Positions 48,809-57,876 of a DNA stretch of 64,000 bases are shown piece after piece. The stretch lies in NCBI GenBank assembly GCA_965243025.1, contig CBDETY010000003.1, forward strand, positions 544,001-608,000, read 5' to 3'. Origin of the DNA: Candidatus Latescibacterota bacterium. GTDB taxonomy: Bacteria > Latescibacterota > UBA2968 > UBA8231. Both the position numbers and the translations under genes were made by a program. How positions within the stretch are numbered: the stretch's first letter is position 1; each line of letters opens with the position of its first letter. The notes under the pieces were generated by a model. The model was not told the DNA's origin. It did not search any database and saw only the letters and a list, made by a program, of their open reading frames with translations.

Positions 48809-49332
48809 CCGGTATCCTCCAGGCTCCGCCTTATCCTGCGCCGCGCATGGTAGAGGTGCACTCGCACCGTGGCCGCTGTGCAGTCCATGACCGCAGCGAC
48901 CTCCTCGAGAGGGAATTGCTGCAGGTCCCTCAATGTGAAGGCGGTCCGCTGTTTCGGGCTCAGGTCCGCCAGGCAGTTCTCCAGCGACAGCCTCAAGTCA
49001 TGCATCCCGATGACGTCCCGGTCCTGAGGCTCGACCGTCAGCGACACCCTGCGGTCGCGTTTCTCCCTTCTCATGAAGTCGATGGCGGTGTTGACGACGA
49101 GCCTGTAAAGCCAGGCGTCGAAGGAGACCCGGGGGTTGTACCTGCCGAGGTTCTCGTGCAGTTTGAGAAAGCTCTCCTGGCAGACGTCCATGGCATCGTC
49201 GGCGTCGCCCACGATCTGGCACGCGATCCGGAAGCATTTCTCCTGGCGGGACCGCAGGATCCCTTCAAAGGCATCGAGGTCGCCGGCGGCTGCGCGGCGA
49301 ACGAGGCTTTCCAGAGCACGCTCATCTGACAT
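48805..49332 (-). CDS. ECF-family RNA polymerase sigma factor
   Basis: GDLDAFE, DAMDVCQESFLK, FDAWLYRLVVNTAIDF.R, LSPKQRTAF.L......EEVA......ATVRVHL..AR. Confidence 0.93.
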   Translation of the reverse strand: MSDERALESLVRRAAAGDLDAFEGILRSRQEKCFRIACQIVGDADDAMDVCQESFLKLHENLGRYNPRVSFDAWLYRLVVNTAIDFMRREKRDRRVSLTVEPQDRDVIGMHDLRLSLENCLADLSPKQRTAFTLRDLQQFPLEEVAAVMDCTAATVRVHLYHARRRIRRSLEDTG

Positions 49333-49513
49333 TGTGAGTTGCAGCGGCCGGGTCAATCCTCGTTCCGCCAAAGTTCCCTGTCCGGGTTGTCTTCGGGATG
49401 TCAGATCCGGAAGGGGTCGCGACACACCAGTGCTCGCGACACCAGTGGTCGCTCAAGTATAACGCAGCGAAAGTGAGAGATGTTTAGTTTTCCGCCCGGA
49501 TAACGAGCCATTC

Positions 49514-49682
49514 CGCCGGACTGCCGCTGGCCCGCAACCGCAAGCTGCTGATGCCGCGCGTCAGCGAGGCGGGGAAGGACAGACGAAAGGGAAAGCCGAC
49601 ATGACAGGGAGTTGGGAACGAAGCGACAACGAGGTGCTCGCCGCGCTGCAGGACGCAGTGGCGATAGAGAGCGTGAACCCCT
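49514..49682 (+). repeat. Direct repeat copy 2: orphan phyH 3' end plus intact M20 5' end
   Basis: Aligns with 45550-45708. Confidence 0.85.
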
Positions 49683-50773
49683 CGCTGCCCGGGGGCCGGG
49701 ACGGGGAAGGCGGAATGGTCGAGTACCTGTCCGGCTTCTTCGACGGTATCGGGCTGCCGTTCGAGCTGTCGGAGGCGCTGCCGGGCCGCCACAACATCAT
49801 CGCCCGGCTCGAGGGGGAGGATCCGGACCGGGCGCTGCTGTTCGAGTGCCACATGGACACCGCTTCCGTCGAGGTGATGTCGATTCCCCCGTTCGAGCCG
49901 CACATCCGCGACGGCCTGATGTACGGCCGCGGCTCGGCCGACACCAAGGCCGGCGGCGTCGCCATGATGCACGCCATGAAGCGCCTGGTCGAATCGGGGC
50001 GCAAGCCGCCGCGCACCATCCTCTACGCCGGCTCGGTCGACGAGGAGTACCTGATGAGGGGCGCGCGCCACCTCGCCGGCTGGATCGGGGTCGAGGCCGC
50101 CGTCATCGCCGAGCCTACCGACCTCGCGGTGATCCGCGGCCACAAGGGGGTGGTCCGCTTCCACGTCGCCGTCAACGGCAAGGCGGCGCACAGCTCCAAG
50201 CCCTGGCTCGGCGTCAACGCCATCTCCGGGATGGCGCGGCTGGTCGCCCGCCTCGAGGAGGTGATCGGCGCCGACTACGCCAGCCGGAACGACCCGCTGC
50301 TCGGCAACCCGACCATGAACATCGGCGTCATCGAGGGGGGCATGCAGGTCAACTTCGTGCCCGACACCTGCCGCATCGAGGTCGACGTGCGCACCATACC
50401 GGGGCAGACCGCGGAGGAGGTGACGGCGCAGTTCGCCGCCGCCATCGCGGAACTGGACGGAATCGACGCCGTCCTCGAGGAACCGTCCATCACCCTGGCG
50501 GGCCTGGGCACCGGCGAGGAGGCGGAGATCGTGCAGAGCGCCGCCGCCGCCTGCCGCGAGGTCCTGGGAGATGCGGAGATCGACGGGGTGCCGTACGCCA
50601 CCGACGGCAGCCCGTTCGCCGACCGCGGGGTGCCGACCATCATCCTCGGGCCCGGCAGCATCGACCAGGCCCACGGCGCCGTCGAGTGGATCGAGTGCCG
50701 GCAGGTGATTCAGGCGGTCGACGTGTACGAGCGGATCATGCTGAGTCCGGGCAAGGGCTCGCCGGTGAAGTAA
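49601..50773 (+). CDS. M20-family metallo-deacylase (ArgE/DapE-like)
   Basis: CHMDT, MYGRGSADTKAG, VDEE, IAEPT, GKAAHSS.P..GVNAI, NFVPD.C, TDG, GPGSIDQAH. Confidence 0.92.
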   Translation: MTGSWERSDNEVLAALQDAVAIESVNPSLPGGRDGEGGMVEYLSGFFDGIGLPFELSEALPGRHNIIARLEGEDPDRALLFECHMDTASVEVMSIPPFEPHIRDGLMYGRGSADTKAGGVAMMHAMKRLVESGRKPPRTILYAGSVDEEYLMRGARHLAGWIGVEAAVIAEPTDLAVIRGHKGVVRFHVAVNGKAAHSSKPWLGVNAISGMARLVARLEEVIGADYASRNDPLLGNPTMNIGVIEGGMQVNFVPDTCRIEVDVRTIPGQTAEEVTAQFAAAIAELDGIDAVLEEPSITLAGLGTGEEAEIVQSAAAACREVLGDAEIDGVPYATDGSPFADRGVPTIILGPGSIDQAHGAVEWIECRQVIQAVDVYERIMLSPGKGSPVK

Positions 50774-50820
50774 CTGCCTGTGCGGCGACGCCTGGATTCG
50801 GGGCCCGGCCTGGAACCCGC

Positions 50821-51933
50821 TTATTCGCCGGGTGACCCGACCGTCCTGTGGCGCAGGGTCCGCTCGGCCAGCAGCTCCGGGTCGGGGGACGGCAGGCCTT
50901 CGGTGAACGGCTTGAAGACGCAGCCCTCGGCCAGCTCCATCGCCGGCTGCGACAGGTCGCGGGTGTAGAAGCGGGAGGAGGGGAACAGGTCCCCCGGGTA
51001 GGTGAAGTTCTCCAGGGTCGCCAGTTCGACGCAGACCGAGCCCCCGAGGGCGCTCTCCAGCATGCCCCCGACCCAGACCGGAATGCCGGCGTCCCGGGCC
51101 ATGTCGTGCACCGCCAGGGCGTTGGCCAGGCCGCCGATCCTCCCCGGCTTGATGTTGATGTAGCGGCAGGCCCCGATGCGGATCGCCTGCTTGGCGGCGC
51201 GCGCGTCGACGATGGTCTCGTCGAGACAGATCGGGGTCCCGATCCGTTTCGCGAGCTCGGCGTGGTCGAGGAGGTCGTTGTAATGGAGGGGCTGCTCGAT
51301 GAAGGCGAGCCCCATGCCGTCGATCGCCCGGAAGAAGGGGAGGTCGTCGAGGCTGTACCCCGAGTTGCAGTCGATGTGGAAGGTCATGTCCGGGAAGGTC
51401 GAGGTGACGATCTGCAGCATCTCGAGGTCCCAGCCCGGGGCAACTTTCAGCTTGATGCGCGGGAACCCGGCGTCGACCGCCTTCTCGATGTTTCCCAGGA
51501 GCATGTCGTAGGAATCCTGGATGCCGAAGTCGGCGCCGGCGGCCACGTCCCGCGTCTGTCCGCCGAGCAGCCGGTGCAGCGGCGTCGAGGTGATGCGGCT
51601 CTGCAGCGTCCACCAGCCGATCTCGACGGCCGCCTTGGCGAAGCTGTTCCCCTTGAAGATCGCCAGCCGCCGGTTGAGGTCGGCGGCGGTGTCGAACTCG
51701 CGCCCGACCACCCAGGGCCCCATCACCTCGGAGACGTGGTAGAAGACGGAGCCGGCGCTCTCGGTCAGATAGGTCGGCGCGAAGAACGGGGTGCTCTCCG
51801 ACCAGGCGGAGTGTTCGCCGCTGGTAAGTTTGACAAGCACGGAGTGGATGTCGGCGTCCTCGCCGTAGGCGGTGCGCCAGGGATAGATCAGCGGCATCAC
51901 CGCGTAGTACACGTCGAGCCTGTCGATCTTCAT
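50821..51933 (-). CDS. menC: o-succinylbenzoate synthase / N-succinylamino acid racemase (NSAR/OSBS subfamily)
   Basis: RIKLKV, IDCNSGY, FIEQP, ICLDE, NIKPGRIGG, WVGGMLES, PGD...SSRFY. Confidence 0.85.
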   Translation of the reverse strand: MKIDRLDVYYAVMPLIYPWRTAYGEDADIHSVLVKLTSGEHSAWSESTPFFAPTYLTESAGSVFYHVSEVMGPWVVGREFDTAADLNRRLAIFKGNSFAKAAVEIGWWTLQSRITSTPLHRLLGGQTRDVAAGADFGIQDSYDMLLGNIEKAVDAGFPRIKLKVAPGWDLEMLQIVTSTFPDMTFHIDCNSGYSLDDLPFFRAIDGMGLAFIEQPLHYNDLLDHAELAKRIGTPICLDETIVDARAAKQAIRIGACRYINIKPGRIGGLANALAVHDMARDAGIPVWVGGMLESALGGSVCVELATLENFTYPGDLFPSSRFYTRDLSQPAMELAEGCVFKPFTEGLPSPDPELLAERTLRHRTVGSPGE

Positions 51934-52185
51934 CTGCTGCTCCCGTTGTTCAACCTGTGCCGCGCCGGGTATTTTGGCTGGGTGAGGGTCGGCAAGGGCG
52001 GTTTCGGTTGTTGCAGCGGTCCGGCGCGGTGAGCTGATTAAGGCGTTTTCCAGGGCAGGGTCAAGCGGTGCCAGCGGCCGGTCGAGCTGCTTGACCGCGG
52101 AGGGGGACCGGGCGCTGCCATTCATTCGCGAGGGTACTCCCGAGAGCCTGCCCCCGATTCTGCAACAACCGACAGGAGGTGACCG

Positions 52186-53049
52186 ATGATCGTCGATACG
52201 CACGTGCACATCTGGGAGGTTCCGCCCAGGGCCCCGGTGGGCCCCACGGCGCCGCGCTGGTCGACCCTCCCGGACGAGGCGGCGACCGCGGAGCAGCTGC
52301 TCGAGGACATGGACGCCAACGGCGTCGACTGGACCGTCCTCGTGCAGACCTCCTTCTCGACCTGGGACAACGGCTACCTCGCCGACAGCGCCCGCAACTA
52401 CCCCGACCGCTTCGTCGTCCACGGCCTCGTCGATCCGCTGGCCCCCGACAACGCCGGGACCGCGGCGTACTGGATGGACGAGCGCGGGCTCGCCGGTTTC
52501 CGCTTTCACCCGATGTACTACCGGACCGACGACCCGGCCGAGGGCAGCATCCTGACGCGGCCCGAGAACGAGGCGATGTTCGCCGCGATTGCCGGGCGCC
52601 GCGGCATAATCCAGGTCCACGCCTTCCCCGAGCACGCCGCCCAGCTCGATCAGGCCGCCTCCCGCTGGCCGCAGATCACCTGGCTGATCGACCACATGAT
52701 GTACCCGCAGCCGGAGTGGGCGGCGGAGGACTGGGCTCCGTACGAACCGGTTCTGGCCCTGGCCGCCCACCCCAACGTCGCCATCAAGATCTCCGACGTG
52801 CACAACCGCTCGCAGCAGGAGTTCCCGCACGCCGACATGCTGCCGGTGGTCCGCAAGGCGGTGGATGCCTTCGGCGGGGACCGCATTCTCTGGGGCACGG
52901 GGTACCCCGGGTATCACCGCGTCAAGCACGGCTGGCCGACCCTGGCCGGAGAGCTGCGCATCGTCGAGGAGGCGTTCGACTTCCTCAGCCCGGAGGAACG
53001 CTCCGGATTGCTGGGGGACAACGCGGCGCGGATCTGGGGCCTGAAATGA
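52186..53049 (+). CDS. Amidohydrolase_2 family protein (sugar lactonase-like)
   Basis: IVDTHVHIW, TVLVQ......DN.YL, GFRF, IDH, PNVAIKIS, AFGGDRILWGTGYP, LLGDNAARIW. AGGAGG RBS. Confidence 0.88.
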   Translation: MIVDTHVHIWEVPPRAPVGPTAPRWSTLPDEAATAEQLLEDMDANGVDWTVLVQTSFSTWDNGYLADSARNYPDRFVVHGLVDPLAPDNAGTAAYWMDERGLAGFRFHPMYYRTDDPAEGSILTRPENEAMFAAIAGRRGIIQVHAFPEHAAQLDQAASRWPQITWLIDHMMYPQPEWAAEDWAPYEPVLALAAHPNVAIKISDVHNRSQQEFPHADMLPVVRKAVDAFGGDRILWGTGYPGYHRVKHGWPTLAGELRIVEEAFDFLSPEERSGLLGDNAARIWGLK

Positions 53050-53248
53050 GCGCTTTCGAGCTCTGGCGAATGGCCCGTTCCGGCCGACAGCGGGAGGTGA
53101 TACGGGCTAAGCGGTCCGGGGCGTATCAGGCCAGCTTGTTCATCGGCCCCCGCATCCGTCTGTCATCAGCTCGGAGATTCAACTATTTCACCGGTAGCAG
53201 GTTTGAGCAGCATCAGGCATTGCCATTTCATACGAAAGGAGCTGCATC

Positions 53249-53635
53249 ATGAGTAAAGAAACCACGGGAGCATTTGCTTCGCACATAAAGGATGCCGACT
53301 GGGCAGAAGGTCTACGCCCCTACTTCCTCTACCGGGATTTGGGGATCAGCACCGCCACCGACGGCAAGGTATTGGCACACGTCATCCGCGCCAATCAATC
53401 TTGTGACGGACCCATGGGCTACCACTCCCACGCCCTCGACTTTCAAATGAATTACCTGCTCAAAGGCTGGGCACTGCTTGACTTTGAAGACATCGGCCAG
53501 ATTCGCGTTGAAGCCGGCGACGCCTGGTACCAACCGCCCGGAATCAAGCATGAGGTGTTGGAGTATTCCGATGACTTCGAGGTCATCGAGATCACCATGC
53601 CCGCCGAGTTTCCCACGCAGGACGAGTCGCGTTAG
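53249..53635 (+). CDS. Cupin domain protein
   Basis: GLRPYFLYRDLGI..AT.G, HSH..DFQ..Y.LKGW, GDAWYQPPGIKH, EVIEITMPAEF. AAGGAG RBS. Confidence 0.88.
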   Translation: MSKETTGAFASHIKDADWAEGLRPYFLYRDLGISTATDGKVLAHVIRANQSCDGPMGYHSHALDFQMNYLLKGWALLDFEDIGQIRVEAGDAWYQPPGIKHEVLEYSDDFEVIEITMPAEFPTQDESR

Positions 53636-53753
53636 CCACCGCGAATACATTCAAGAAAAAAGCAGGAGCGGTCTCCGAATCGCGACTGTTGGTTACAAGA
53701 AAATTGGGTGTGCGGCAAAGCCAGAAAATCGTAACACCCTATAAGGAATTTAT

Positions 53754-54647
53754 ATGAACGTCGGTTTCATCGGTCTGGGTAATATGGGCAATCCGATGGC
53801 GGCAAATCTCCTCAAAGCCCGATACAACCTGACGGTCCACGACCTCCGCCGCGAAATGGGTCGGTCCCTCGAGGTCGCTGGCGCAACGTGGGGGACGAGC
53901 CCGAAGAACGTAGCGGCCCGATCGGATGTGGTGCTTACCTCCCTGCCGGGGCCCAAAGAGGTCGAAGCTGTTGTTCTGGGTGAAGACGGTATTTTCGCCG
54001 GACTGAGCAGCGGAAGCGCCTATATCGACCTGAGCACCAACTCACCCGCAACCCTGCAGAGAATCGCCGAAATTGGTGCGTCGAGAGGATTCCACGTCCT
54101 CGACGCGCCGATCAGCGGCGGGGTATTCGGCGCGAGGGACGGAACGCTCACGATATATGTGGGCGGCGAGCAGGCGGATTTCGAACGGTTTCAACCCCTG
54201 TTCCGGAGCATCGGCAACCATGTCGCTTACATGGGACCGACAGGCAGCGGACACGTAACCAAGCTGGTAAACAACTTGATCATGTTCATCAATTTTGCAG
54301 GTGTCTGCGAAGGGATGGCGATGGGTGCCAGGGCGGGCCTTCAGCCGCAAGCACTGCTCGATGTGATCAAGACCAGCACAGGCGACAGCATGTACCTGCG
54401 CCGGACAATCGGTTTGCTCCTGGCTGGCGAGGATGTGAACTCCGCTGCAGACCTCGCCGTCAAGGACGTGCACCTGGCGGTCGAACTTGGCAGGGAACTC
54501 GATATTCCGCTGGAACTCGGTCCGCTGGTCGAAGATGTTTTCAGGCGGTTCTGCGATGCAGGGCGCGGGCAGGAGGACCAGCTGGAAATCATGCGGGATT
54601 TCATGCAGAGATCGGGAGTAGATGTACCGGAAAGAAAGCCAGCGTAG
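53754..54647 (+). CDS. NAD(P)-dependent 3-hydroxyisobutyrate/tartronate-semialdehyde dehydrogenase family
   Basis: GFIGLGNMGNPMA, IDLST, LDAPISGG, G...KLVNN, KD. Confidence 0.92.
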   Translation: MNVGFIGLGNMGNPMAANLLKARYNLTVHDLRREMGRSLEVAGATWGTSPKNVAARSDVVLTSLPGPKEVEAVVLGEDGIFAGLSSGSAYIDLSTNSPATLQRIAEIGASRGFHVLDAPISGGVFGARDGTLTIYVGGEQADFERFQPLFRSIGNHVAYMGPTGSGHVTKLVNNLIMFINFAGVCEGMAMGARAGLQPQALLDVIKTSTGDSMYLRRTIGLLLAGEDVNSAADLAVKDVHLAVELGRELDIPLELGPLVEDVFRRFCDAGRGQEDQLEIMRDFMQRSGVDVPERKPA

Positions 54648-54898
54648 TTTCTATCTCAGATAACACCATTTCGTTATTAACTAATTCAAAAGAAAGCACA
54701 CCACGAAAAATGCCGTTTCCCTCAAACGGAAAGCGGTCCGAATCTGAACGACTTTGGAGGTAGTGTGCCAACCGAAGCCTCCGACTCCTGGCGGATTTCT
54801 CCCCCCTACCTATGGAGACGCCGGTGGTGGAGTGGCCGAGAGAACCCAGCTCGTGACTGCTCGTGCTGTCAGGACTGGAACCGCGGCAATGAGGGCGA

Positions 54899-55624
54899 TC
54901 ATTCACGGCGCCGCGGAGTCTGGACGCGTTCATCGTGGCTGGTGAGTTCCCGCTTCAATTCCTCACTCGAAAACGTATTGCCTTCGAGAAAATCGAAGTA
55001 CTCAGATTCGGCTTCCCGAACCACAGCAGCCTGCTCAGCAACGTCTGCCGCGATCGATGCCGGGACGGTCAGCAGTCCATTGGCGTCGCCGTGGAGTAAA
55101 TCGCCGGGGCGAATCGACAGACCGCAGATCGAAACCGTGACGCCGAAATCGAGAAACGCTCCATGCCCGTGCGAGACGACGGGGCCCGGGGCGAACATCT
55201 GGACCTTCGGCGCCCGCTCGGCGATCCCCGCAAGGTCGCGAAACCCACCATCAGTAACGACTCCGACGCCGCCCAGATTCTGAAACCAGGTGCAGAACAT
55301 ATCGCCGACAAAGCAGCTCCGGAGGCGATCCTGCCCAACGTATTGAATGACCAAAACGGCGGGTTTCGGCGCCGCCGCGACCATGTCAACGAGATCCACC
55401 AGACGCAGCGGCCTGCTATCGTCGGGTCGGGTCGTATCAGCCGTGCACGTGATCGCGTACCCAACCATCGAGTCCCGCTCCGGAAACTGACACCGCAGCT
55501 CCATTGAAGCGTAGCCGCTCACTGGATCGCGCACGGCAAACGCCTCGACGGCATTGGCGACAGTGGCACTGTCGAATTGCCGAAGTGCATCGATCACTCC
55601 ATGAGTATCCGATTCTGACGACAT
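54899..55624 (-). CDS. RraA-like / HMG aldolase family protein
   Basis: FDSATVANAVE, MVGYAIT, FVGDM, GVVTDGGFRD, IRPGDLLHGDANG. GGAGGA RBS. Confidence 0.9.
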   Translation of the reverse strand: MSSESDTHGVIDALRQFDSATVANAVEAFAVRDPVSGYASMELRCQFPERDSMVGYAITCTADTTRPDDSRPLRLVDLVDMVAAAPKPAVLVIQYVGQDRLRSCFVGDMFCTWFQNLGGVGVVTDGGFRDLAGIAERAPKVQMFAPGPVVSHGHGAFLDFGVTVSICGLSIRPGDLLHGDANGLLTVPASIAADVAEQAAVVREAESEYFDFLEGNTFSSEELKRELTSHDERVQTPRRRE

Positions 55625-55641
55625 GTTTGCTCCTCCAGAAT

Positions 55642-56574
55642 TCACTGCTCCCGATGGATCTCTCTCTCGGCATCGACGGTCGATTCGATCTGCTTGAGGA
55701 ATTGAAGTTGTTCGGCCATCACTGACCTCACGTCAGGTTTCGGGGCATCGCCATCCTTTGTGCGCGCAAGATGAAAAACATCTTGAGTGGAATACGGCAT
55801 GTAAACCGACAGGAAACCGTCGAATTCGATCTCCTTGAGTGTCCTGATGATGGATTCGAGGTCCGCGTGCCCCGACCCCAGGGAGTAGTGGTTGGTCTCG
55901 TTGACATGGATGTGCACAATTCGGTTGCCCGCCGCCCGCAGGGCATCCGGGATCGAGGTTTCCGCGATATTCATGTGGAAGACATCGGGCTGAAGGCCCA
56001 GACGATCGACGCCCACTTCGTCGATCAGGCGGATCCCATCACCCACGGTTGTCAGCACACCCGGGTATGCCTCGTACATGTTGAGCGGTTCGAGAACGAG
56101 ATACACATCACGAGCCGCCGCATATTCGCACAGCTCGAGGGTGGAGTCACGAAAATTCTTCCTCAGAGTTTCGATGGGAAGATCGGGAAATGGAACCTGC
56201 GGGACCGCGGGCTGGGAAGCGCATATGTTGAAGTATCGCGCGTCCAGCGCCGCCGCGAGGTCGATGGACCGCTGAGAGTAATCCATGGCCCGCCGTCGCG
56301 CTTCCGTACTCGAACCGGCAAGGTCGCGATGTTCACCCGAATGTGCCGATCCCCAAACTCCCATCACCGCGGGTACTTTCAATCCGAACGATTCGACGGT
56401 CCGCCGGAGCTTTGTCGGATCCATGCGCTCCGCATCTGCCGGCAGATCGGCCCCCTCATAGCCGGCCTCGCGTACGGCCTCCAGGAGTTGTGGCGCCGCC
56501 TTCACGAAGTCGTACCCCATCCAGGCCGATGTTCCGCAGACCACGGAATAACGGAATTGCATCGGACGGTTCAC
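55642..56574 (-). CDS. Sugar phosphate isomerase/epimerase family (ketose 3-epimerase/IolO-like) with altered active site
   Basis: LEPLNMYE, DVFHMNIAE, HIHVNETN, GSGH. The last metal Glu position reads Tyr (GFLSVY). Confidence 0.8.
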   Translation of the reverse strand: MNRPMQFRYSVVCGTSAWMGYDFVKAAPQLLEAVREAGYEGADLPADAERMDPTKLRRTVESFGLKVPAVMGVWGSAHSGEHRDLAGSSTEARRRAMDYSQRSIDLAAALDARYFNICASQPAVPQVPFPDLPIETLRKNFRDSTLELCEYAAARDVYLVLEPLNMYEAYPGVLTTVGDGIRLIDEVGVDRLGLQPDVFHMNIAETSIPDALRAAGNRIVHIHVNETNHYSLGSGHADLESIIRTLKEIEFDGFLSVYMPYSTQDVFHLARTKDGDAPKPDVRSVMAEQLQFLKQIESTVDAEREIHREQ

Positions 56575-56729
56575 AATTGATTCGGTTCGGCTGCCTCTCT
56601 ATGAAGCGACGCCCCTGGCCGCTGACCTATACTACCGAATGGCACTCAAAACATCCACTCGACACAGCCCCATCTTCCGCGCATACTAGTGCCTTCGTCA
56701 GAATCGAAATCGCCACAAGGAGTGAGCAG

Positions 56730-57716
56730 TTGCCAACAGTGGTGGTGAGAGGGGAGAGCACGAAGCCAACTCATGTACGCATGCTCGAGGAGGCCGGGTT
56801 CGAGTTGCGGGTGCTCGCAGATGAAAGTTTTTCGCGCGGGCTGACCGGTGATGCGCACGTGGTCGAGGTCCTGAGCGGCGCGTCGGCCGTGATCGCTCAC
56901 GGCGAAGTGTATTCGGCCGCAGTTCTGGAAAGCCTGCCCGACCTCCGTGTCGTGGCTCGCTCCGGGGTCGGTTTCGACAGGGTCGATATCGCAGCCGCAA
57001 CGGCAAACGACGTGGTCGTCACCATCACACCCACAGCCAATCACGAGTCCGTCGCCGAGCACGCGCTGACGCTGATCATGAGCCTGGCAAAGTTCCTGGT
57101 GAGCGGGGACAGATCCACTCGCGGAGGCGCATGGAGCAGGGAGCAACGCAGGCCACTGAGAGGCAGCACACTGGGCATCGTCGGCCTCGGCAGGATCGGC
57201 CGAAGTCTTGCCGTCCGGGCGCTTGGATTGAAGTTGCAGGTCATCGCCGCTGAAGTATACCCGGACAAAGCATTCGTCGAGCAGCGTGGGATCGAACTGG
57301 TCGACCTCGACACGCTCCTCGAACGCGCCGACTTCGTCAGCATCCACTTGCCGCTTACGGACGAGACCAGAGGCATCATCGACGGCGGCAAGCTCGGTCT
57401 GATGAAGCAGAGCGCGTTCATCGTGAATACCGCGAGAGGCGAGCTTATCGTCGAGGCCGACCTGGTTGAAGCGATCAGATCGGGCCAGATAACCGGTGCG
57501 GGAATAGACGTCTTCGAGCGGGAACCAACAGATTCAAACAACCCGCTGTTCGAACTGGACAACGTGATTGTGTCGCCACATGTGGCGGGGATCGACGACG
57601 TGTCAACCGAGGATATGGGCACAGAGGCCGCCAAGTCGATCATCGACCTGTCTCAGGGCAGGTGGCCCGAAGGCGCCGTCGTCAACGCCGATCTGAAAGG
57701 GGACTGGCGCTGGTGA
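56730..57716 (+). CDS. D-2-hydroxyacid dehydrogenase (phosphoglycerate dehydrogenase-like)
   Basis: ARSGVGFDRVD, SVAEH, GIVGLGRIG, HLPLT.ET, VNTARG, DVFEREP, SPHVAG. AAGGAG before TTG. Confidence 0.92.
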   Translation: MPTVVVRGESTKPTHVRMLEEAGFELRVLADESFSRGLTGDAHVVEVLSGASAVIAHGEVYSAAVLESLPDLRVVARSGVGFDRVDIAAATANDVVVTITPTANHESVAEHALTLIMSLAKFLVSGDRSTRGGAWSREQRRPLRGSTLGIVGLGRIGRSLAVRALGLKLQVIAAEVYPDKAFVEQRGIELVDLDTLLERADFVSIHLPLTDETRGIIDGGKLGLMKQSAFIVNTARGELIVEADLVEAIRSGQITGAGIDVFEREPTDSNNPLFELDNVIVSPHVAGIDDVSTEDMGTEAAKSIIDLSQGRWPEGAVVNADLKGDWRW

Positions 57717-57876
57717 CCCAGGCCACCAGGAAGGGGGATGAATGATATCTGATCTGGATGAGGATAAGCGATTCATCAGGGACCCTGATGGACCCATGCG
57801 CTCGTTCTCAGCGAACGGCATAGTACCGGTATGTGCCTGATTTTTCCTATGCTCTCAGCCCCATCGGAGGAACCCC

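Noticed and set aside
49418-49452. Tandem TCGCGAC(AC)ACCAGTG repeats upstream of the ECF sigma gene
   Set aside because: Only two short imperfect copies; cannot distinguish an operator from slippage.
53046-53252. 68-codon ORF overlapping both neighbours by ATGA
   Set aside because: No recognisable protein features, and it spans the compositional boundary; probably chance or a truncated gene start.
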